DNA of 63,990 nucleotides, filler included, from Stramenopiles sp. TOSAG23-3 (Eukaryota): NCBI GenBank assembly GCA_900128585.1. It is 9 parts of 9 records of this genome, joined end to end, with 100 filler letters (N's around TTAATTAATTAA, not from the genome) between each part and the next. Parts side by side here need not be neighbours in the genome. Positions count along the whole stretch, not along the records: positions 57,355 to 63,990 come from LT643279.1; 8 more parts are not named here. One strand, 5' to 3'. Shown piece by piece: positions 58,127 to 63,990 of this stretch (position 1 is its first letter; each line of letters starts with the position of its first letter). The notes under the pieces were generated by a model. It saw only the letters and a program-made list of their open reading frames with translations, ran no database searches and was not told where the DNA came from. The position numbers and the translations under genes were made by a program.

Positions 58127-60334
58127 ATGGCTACGCTCTCGAGCAGGCCGAGTGTGGACCGAGCAAAGACAGAACCAGTACTCTTGAGGCAGACTAAACC
58201 GCGCGCTGAACCTTCGGTACGGTGCGCCGGCGTCCTGAAATTCCTAGATAGTGTTATGGTTGAAGGTGCCATAGTTGTGTCAATATGCGTTTTGTTGGTT
58301 CTTACTTTGATTACTCTTTTGTTCTCCGAATCTATGTCTAGTTTTTACGTTTACGCCAGCTTGGTGGCGTATTCTTTGTATTTCTGTGAAGTAGCGTTGA
58401 AAGCTTGCTCAATTTGCCGACCTTATTTTGGAGTGCCACACAATGTAATAGACTTGATATTGGTATTATCGGGGTTCTCAGGAAATCTAGCTGCCGTTTC
58501 TGTCGCAACAATCACCTTGTCGCATATGCGGTTTGTTTTTATTGTAAATATATTGGTAATCCTGCACCGTTGGACTAGGGTCGGTCACTACTACGAGTAT
58601 ACAAGGGACACGTTTAACAACGCAAAAGATCCTGACGATATCCACTCTTACCTAGAGCGAGCGGTTCATATCCTAAAAGCGTTCAAATTAAAGAATACAA
58701 CACGTCCATTTCAAGCAACGCAACTGGACTGGGTGATACATAAAATGAAATCAAATGAACTTTATACGCACCGTAGAACAAGTGAAAAAAATGCGGACAA
58801 GGAGACCCTTGGGTGGCTCACGGAATTCTCAAAGTACAATGTTACATTTAGTGGCGAAGACGAAAGCATGACGCAAGATCGTGTCAGCAGAATAACTAGA
58901 CTTAAATCATCCGATGCGCCGGATCAAGACACCGGTAGTGTTCTTCGCAAACGTGCCAATACCCTTTCCTTTGGAAAATTGGACAGAGTATCTACTAGGT
59001 TCGTTCAGCAGCTCGATCTCCCTCGTGAACAAGACGATGAGCTCGACGCAGGACTTGAATTGTCGAAAAATAAATTAAATAGGCAAAGAAGTTTCCGGCT
59101 TCCGCGGGGTAAATCATCAGAAAAGAGGAAGAAGCTAGTGAAAAACCAGAGAACGAAAAGTTTGGATCCTCGGGAGCTTGGGAAAGAAAGGGATTTTGCA
59201 TTTAACGATACGACAGTCCCTGAGACAATTTATGAGCATTACATAGGAGAAACGGGTGATATGTTACATCAGTATCTTGATACTATGCATACCGTCAGTT
59301 TTGACCCTTTTGACTTTAATGTTCGGTCACAGCACCGCCCTTTGGAAGGGATGTTCCTTATTACATGCACGAGCAAGGAGCTTCCGGATAAATTGAAGGT
59401 ACCCCGTAAGGTTTTGAAGGAATTTATCCAGGCCATTGAACAGGATTACATTTCCACGAACCCCTACCATACGTCACTTCATGCAGCTGATGTTCTCCAG
59501 GGAATCTATGCGTTTACAGAATGCCCGTCCTTTGATTCAGTAATTACAGATTTAGATAGGTTTGCTTGCTTTGTTGCCGCCGCGGTACACGATTTTAAAC
59601 ACCCCGGCCGCAATAATAAATTTTTACAAGAAACGTGGAGCCCGCTAGCGCTGATGTACAATGACAATTCTGTTCTGGAAAGCTACCATCTTGCGGAATG
59701 CTTCAAGTTAATGGCACAACCAAAGTACCATATTTTGAAGACACTTTCACAAAAAGATAGGCGCTATGCAAGACAACTAATAATAGATATGGTATTGGCC
59801 ACCGATATGAGCAGTCACTTTAATGATTTGTCGGTATTTAAGACACTGAATCCAGGCCAGTTGAGTCTTAAAGAACGGCGAGAACCGTCGATGAAAAGAA
59901 AAATATGCAAATTTGCGCTGCATGCTGCAGACATCAGCAATCCTTGCCGGCCATTGCTCATTTATTTGGAATGGGCGGAGCGATGCATGGAGGAATTTTT
60001 CCTTCAAGGTGACGACGAAAGGGCAAGGAAAATTGATATTAGCCCTTTCATGGATCGCCACAAACAAAATAAACCTAAATGCCAACTTGGTTTTATGAGT
60101 TTTATTGTCAAGCCAATGTACGTCGCATGGACGTCGTACTTGCAGGAACTCAATGAAGTTTGCCTGGCCAATTTAGAAACAAACAAGATGTACTGGGAAG
60201 ACAAAGCCAGAAAGCTTAAAGAAATCGAAGATGTAGAGAAGGAAACATTCGAGAAGGGTATTTCAGCGACCAAAGTCGAAGTGATCACAGAAGAGGAGGA
60301 AGAGGAGGAGGAAGGGAGCGACAAAGAGCAGTAA
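58127..60334 (+). CDS. Class I cyclic-nucleotide phosphodiesterase with an N-terminal 4TM voltage-sensor-like domain
   Basis: NPYHTSLHAADV, HDFKHPGRNN, YNDNSVLESYH, LATDMSSH, HAADISNP, EEFFLQGD, QLGF; N-terminal YFCEVALK, YF..HNVIDLILV, ILHRWTRV. Confidence 0.93.
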   Translation: MATLSSRPSVDRAKTEPVLLRQTKPRAEPSVRCAGVLKFLDSVMVEGAIVVSICVLLVLTLITLLFSESMSSFYVYASLVAYSLYFCEVALKACSICRPYFGVPHNVIDLILVLSGFSGNLAAVSVATITLSHMRFVFIVNILVILHRWTRVGHYYEYTRDTFNNAKDPDDIHSYLERAVHILKAFKLKNTTRPFQATQLDWVIHKMKSNELYTHRRTSEKNADKETLGWLTEFSKYNVTFSGEDESMTQDRVSRITRLKSSDAPDQDTGSVLRKRANTLSFGKLDRVSTRFVQQLDLPREQDDELDAGLELSKNKLNRQRSFRLPRGKSSEKRKKLVKNQRTKSLDPRELGKERDFAFNDTTVPETIYEHYIGETGDMLHQYLDTMHTVSFDPFDFNVRSQHRPLEGMFLITCTSKELPDKLKVPRKVLKEFIQAIEQDYISTNPYHTSLHAADVLQGIYAFTECPSFDSVITDLDRFACFVAAAVHDFKHPGRNNKFLQETWSPLALMYNDNSVLESYHLAECFKLMAQPKYHILKTLSQKDRRYARQLIIDMVLATDMSSHFNDLSVFKTLNPGQLSLKERREPSMKRKICKFALHAADISNPCRPLLIYLEWAERCMEEFFLQGDDERARKIDISPFMDRHKQNKPKCQLGFMSFIVKPMYVAWTSYLQELNEVCLANLETNKMYWEDKARKLKEIEDVEKETFEKGISATKVEVITEEEEEEEEGSDKEQ

Positions 60335-60412
60335 GATCTAAGAGTACGGAACTGAACTTAAAACACATCTCTTGACAGGCACAGCCTTTTAGCGGGAGTA
60401 GAAGTTTATTTT

Positions 60413-60455
60413 AAAAAACAAGAAAATTGACTGTTATTTAAAAGTAATTAAAATT
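60413..60455 (+). repeat. Dispersed ~43-bp element copy
   Basis: aaaaaacaagaaaattgactgttatttaaaagtaattaaaatt. Confidence 0.8.
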
Positions 60456-60599
60456 TTATGTACTGCGAACTGAAATTTGTTTTAAAATAAGTTAATTATC
60501 TGCTCCTGTGTAAAAAAATAAAAAAGAGAACTTACATTTATGCCGCTGTTTACTTGCCAATTGGAATATTGACTAGATTTAGCATTCCAGCATGCAGCG

Positions 60600-61050
60600 A
60601 TGATTCCGGTAGTGCCATGACTGTAATAATGACACGGTAGTTCAATCCTCAATCCAATCCAGCAGTGAGCTATCCAGCATCGCCCCTACCCTAGTAGTGC
60701 CACCCTCGGGTGAAGACACAGAGATACAATCATCAGAAGAAGGGAACCAGGGCATTGTCAGCAGGACGAGACTCCAACTGGCACGCCAACGAACCCAACC
60801 AATTCATTGCAGACCGAAACTGACGCAAACGACCCTCCCCCGACATCCCAATTCACAAATGACAACTCCTTGACTGATTTACAAGACAGACAATGAGCAC
60901 CTCTAAAACGATTACGCTGCTGCTTGGAAAATCACACAAGGAATGAGTCATCCATGAGTGACACACCGGATGGGGTAGTTGATTATGGGTAATTTAAAGG
61001 CATTACTAATCCACCTACCGTTTCGGATCATGTATGGAGTACATAATAAT
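60600..61050 (+). pseudogene. Degenerate coding-like relic containing the 65-bp dispersed repeat; possible TE remnant
   Basis: Broken frame ..TETDANDPPPTSQFTNDNSLTDLQDRQ*APLKRLRCC..; homologous segment at 7030-7094. Confidence 0.45.
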
Positions 61051-61235
61051 ATGATATGTGTGAGAATGATAGCCACAAGGGTATATTGATTAGTAAAACC
61101 ACAAGAGCATAAGTATTTTAAATTACATATCAAAAAACAAATCTAGCCGCTGTTCGAGTTTTGGTAAGAAAGGGGCAATTGATTCTCCCAGCATATGTAC
61201 ACTTTACTACGAGCGATTTCGTAGAACAATTCGGA

Positions 61236-62519
61236 TCAAACTTCGTTAAGTTTCTCCCTTGCCTTTCGGGCTACCTCAAACCGATTTTTCCAATCCTTAC
61301 AATTATAAGACACTGCGCAAGGGTTTCCTTCAACGCAACTACATGATGCACTGTCGTCTCCAGCCCCGGTGGAAACGCCAGTGTCGGCAGTCTCCAGTTG
61401 CAGACTGCCCATATTTATCGAATTGAAGGTGTGCGAATATTCTGACCCATTGAACACTTTCAATGCCCCAAATTTCATCGCCAGCATTTTGCACCAATCC
61501 ATGCTATCATTGTGCCCAACAACAATGGGGTTGCCAAGAATGGACAAACTTTTCAAACGATTTAATTTTCTAAGGGTCAACACATCGTTCCTGTCGTTCA
61601 ACTCGTTGCAAGAAATATCTAGTACCTCCAGCGTCGCGGAGCGAATATTCAATGCCAAACTTATTGTTCCTCCTAACTTGCACCCTTGCAAATGAACCTC
61701 TCGCAGCCTATCACACGCTGTCATTGTAACTTCTGCGTGCTCCCCCGAGCACGACCCCAGTGGATTGTATGACAAGTCAACTTTGATCAACAACTTCAAG
61801 TGCGACAAATTTGGAAAACCGCCTGTAAGCGCATTTCCAACCAGAACTAGCTCTCTCAAAAATGTCAGATTCAATCCATTTATTGATTGCATCGTCAGTC
61901 TATTATCAGTTAAATCCAAAGCAACTAGGCTGTTTTCAACTTCCCTCGAAAAATTAACCGTCGCAACATCGCAACTTTTAGCCGATACTCGCTCGTGCAC
62001 GAAGTTATTTGCCGCCTCGGTATCGGCAGGCCCTTCTCGTACTACATACACGCTGCTTTTTGTATTTGCCACTTCCTGCTCATTTTGAGAAGCAGCATTT
62101 TGCTCCTCTTCTTTTCTCGCTTTTGCAACAGCACCCCGAATTAAATGGTCAATAGCTAATTTATCTAAGCCCCGGTTATTTGCCACGTTTAAAACTGCAA
62201 CTCTGTCGAGGTCTAAAAACACACCTGCGTCCTTTTTCAAAATATTATATTCGTCAGCTGGGCTTGCCCGTCCACCGTACGGGCTTTTGTGCCGCTTCCA
62301 AGGGTCTAACAATGGTATTTCCGGGACTGGCTTTGGGGTTTCTTGTTCTGCACTCTTTTTATTCCCCCTTTTTTTTACAACAGCTTTTTTCCCCCCAGAT
62401 TTCTTCACAATACATTTTTTCCCAGTACTTTTCTTCGCAGCGTCTAGGCGCTTCCGGGAGCTGGATGGCTTCTTGCTCCTATTCAAACCTGCTTTACCCT
62501 TCAGCCGTTTTGACGCCAT
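61236..62519 (-). CDS. Leucine-rich-repeat protein with basic N-terminus and small C-terminal Cys module
   Basis: LVALDLTDNRL, LRELVLVGNAL, VDLSYNPL, LEVLDISCNEL, LKSLSILGNP; tail SCSCVEGNPCAVSYNCKDWKNRFEVA. Confidence 0.88.
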   Translation of the reverse strand: MASKRLKGKAGLNRSKKPSSSRKRLDAAKKSTGKKCIVKKSGGKKAVVKKRGNKKSAEQETPKPVPEIPLLDPWKRHKSPYGGRASPADEYNILKKDAGVFLDLDRVAVLNVANNRGLDKLAIDHLIRGAVAKARKEEEQNAASQNEQEVANTKSSVYVVREGPADTEAANNFVHERVSAKSCDVATVNFSREVENSLVALDLTDNRLTMQSINGLNLTFLRELVLVGNALTGGFPNLSHLKLLIKVDLSYNPLGSCSGEHAEVTMTACDRLREVHLQGCKLGGTISLALNIRSATLEVLDISCNELNDRNDVLTLRKLNRLKSLSILGNPIVVGHNDSMDWCKMLAMKFGALKVFNGSEYSHTFNSINMGSLQLETADTGVSTGAGDDSASCSCVEGNPCAVSYNCKDWKNRFEVARKAREKLNEV

Positions 62520-62834
62520 GTGCTTCTACTAAATCTATCTGACCTGGGGGGACGCGCCTTGAACGGGGAAAACCGTTGCAATCTACTTTTCTTCGTTTTG
62601 GCAATAGAAATGTAAACAAGTGATGAAGAAAAGAGGGGGGAAGGGAAGAAAGCCAATTTTATTGAAAAAAGCAATAATCAATAATAATAATCATCCATTC
62701 CATATCATCAAAACAACAATAATAATGATGAAAAATAATAATAACGATCTTATAATAGCAGAATACAAATATATATACTTATAATTTCATTATTAATAGG
62801 AGGGCATAAAAATTAGAGGTGTGGGTCTACTATC

Positions 62835-63018
62835 TGTTTCTCTTTTTTTCTTCTCTTCTCTCTTCTCTCTTCTCTTTTCTTCTCTTCTCTTCTCTTCTTC
62901 TTTTCTCTTCTTCTTTTCTCTTCTTCTTTTCTCTTCTTCTCTTCTTTTATTCCATACTTTTCTTCTCTTTTCTCTTCTTTTCTCTTCTCTCTTCTCTTCT
63001 TTTATCTTCTTCTCTTCT
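62835..63018 (+). repeat. Polypyrimidine (TCTTC-type) low-complexity tract
   Basis: Direct inspection. Confidence 0.9.
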
Positions 63019-63389
63019 GTGAGAATGTGAGATGAGAAGAAGAGGCGTGGAATCTAATCTTGAATCTGTTGTAGTTTTGAAAGGGGGGGGAGGGAGGGAG
63101 GAAGAACCACCCAGGACCCAACAGGCTTGCGGCCTAACTAAATAAACCAATAATAATAATATATTATTATAATATTATTTTTTAAACAACAGTTCTCATT
63201 CATTTTTCTTTCTTTCTTCCTTTCCCTTCTTCGTTGTTTTTCTTTTTTTTCTTCCAACTTTGTTTTCGTGCCAATACGTGCATATCCAGAAACGTTGTTG
63301 CTCAACCCAGCTCTTCGAAACAGTTGCTCTTGACTGTTCGTAGTGTTTTGTTTGCGCCAACAACAAATTTTCAGTCAGTACGAAGCAGC

Positions 63390-63990
63390 ATGAAATGGTC
63401 TAGTTCCCTTGTCCTTATAGTGTTGGTTGCCTTGTGCACTATCGTGCTCGGGAAGGACTCTTTGTTGTTGAGGGGGAAGGCGGCGCCAAGAAAAGGGCAA
63501 CAACAGTCGGTTAGCGCGGCAAGTAAATGTGAAACGGTGAAGTGTGAAGATAGGGAGAAAAAATATGGCAAAAATGATTCCATTCGTGATATTTTGAAGA
63601 AATGCCTTGGGAAAGACGACTGCTGCTATGCGTCAGAAAACGCGAAAAAGTGCGAAGACTTTAACTGCGGTGACGTTTTGGACCCGAAAAGGAATAAACG
63701 AAGTAATATTAAAAACTTGAATAAGGAGACTGTTTTGCGCATAGGGAGCAAGTGTGGAGGCGGGGACTCTGATTCTGGTTCCGGCTCCGTCGAAGGGTCT
63801 GGCTCCGAAGAAGGGTCTGGAGAAGGCTCTGGTTCGGAAGATGACTCTGGCTCGGGAGAAGGGCCTGGCTCGGAAGAAGGGTCTGGCTCCATCGAAGGAT
63901 CTGGCTCCGTAGAAGGGTCTGGCTCCATCGAAGGATCTGGCTCCGTAGAAGGCTCCGGTTCGGAGGAAGGGTCTAACTCCGTAGAAGGCT
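63390..63990 (+). CDS. Secreted Cys-rich protein with EGSGS repeats; runs off the window end (absent from the ORF track)
   Basis: ATG 63390 MKWSSSLVLIVLVALCTIVLG; 8 Cys; 18-nt repeat encoding (V/I/E)EGSGS. Confidence 0.85.
   Translation, partial: MKWSSSLVLIVLVALCTIVLGKDSLLLRGKAAPRKGQQQSVSAASKCETVKCEDREKKYGKNDSIRDILKKCLGKDDCCYASENAKKCEDFNCGDVLDPKRNKRSNIKNLNKETVLRIGSKCGGGDSDSGSGSVEGSGSEEGSGEGSGSEDDSGSGEGPGSEEGSGSIEGSGSVEGSGSIEGSGSVEGSGSEEGSNSVEG

Noticed and set aside
4681-60334. Apparent Ca2+/cyclic-nucleotide signalling cluster (PLC, CDPKs, K+ channel, IQ protein, PDE)
   Set aside because: The genes are on different unlinked contigs.
1-63990. tRNA, rRNA, snRNA genes or an intact transposase/reverse transcriptase
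   Set aside because: None recognised by eye; a covariance-model scan would be needed to exclude them.

Overview
Eukaryotic (protist) nuclear DNA, not prokaryotic. The window is nine unrelated contigs of about 7.0-7.1 kb, sorted by decreasing length and joined by artificial 100-nt linkers (N44-TTAATTAATTAA-N44), so adjacency across linkers means nothing. Genes are mostly intronless and separated by AT-rich, low-complexity spacers. Recognisable genes: YIP1, PI-PLC, an FSH1-RWD fusion, two tandem CDPKs, an SPFH protein, RRP15, a tandem two-domain K+ channel, Rab-GDI, a GH20 hexosaminidase, EGF/Cys-rich surface proteins, an IQ protein, CTR9, a dynein light chain, a cyclic-nucleotide PDE and an LRR protein. 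The content fits a flagellated protist, possibly a stramenopile (inference only). Best leads: (1) a class I PDE fused to an Hv1/VSP-like voltage-sensor domain; (2) a giant SecA-type ATPase with a C-terminal vWA domain; (3) a 2x6TM Kv channel; (4) a perfect 79-bp inverted repeat bracketing CTR9; (5) a dispersed ~43-bp AT-rich element found on four contigs, mostly just downstream of stop codons. All homology calls come from motif recognition by eye; no searches were run.
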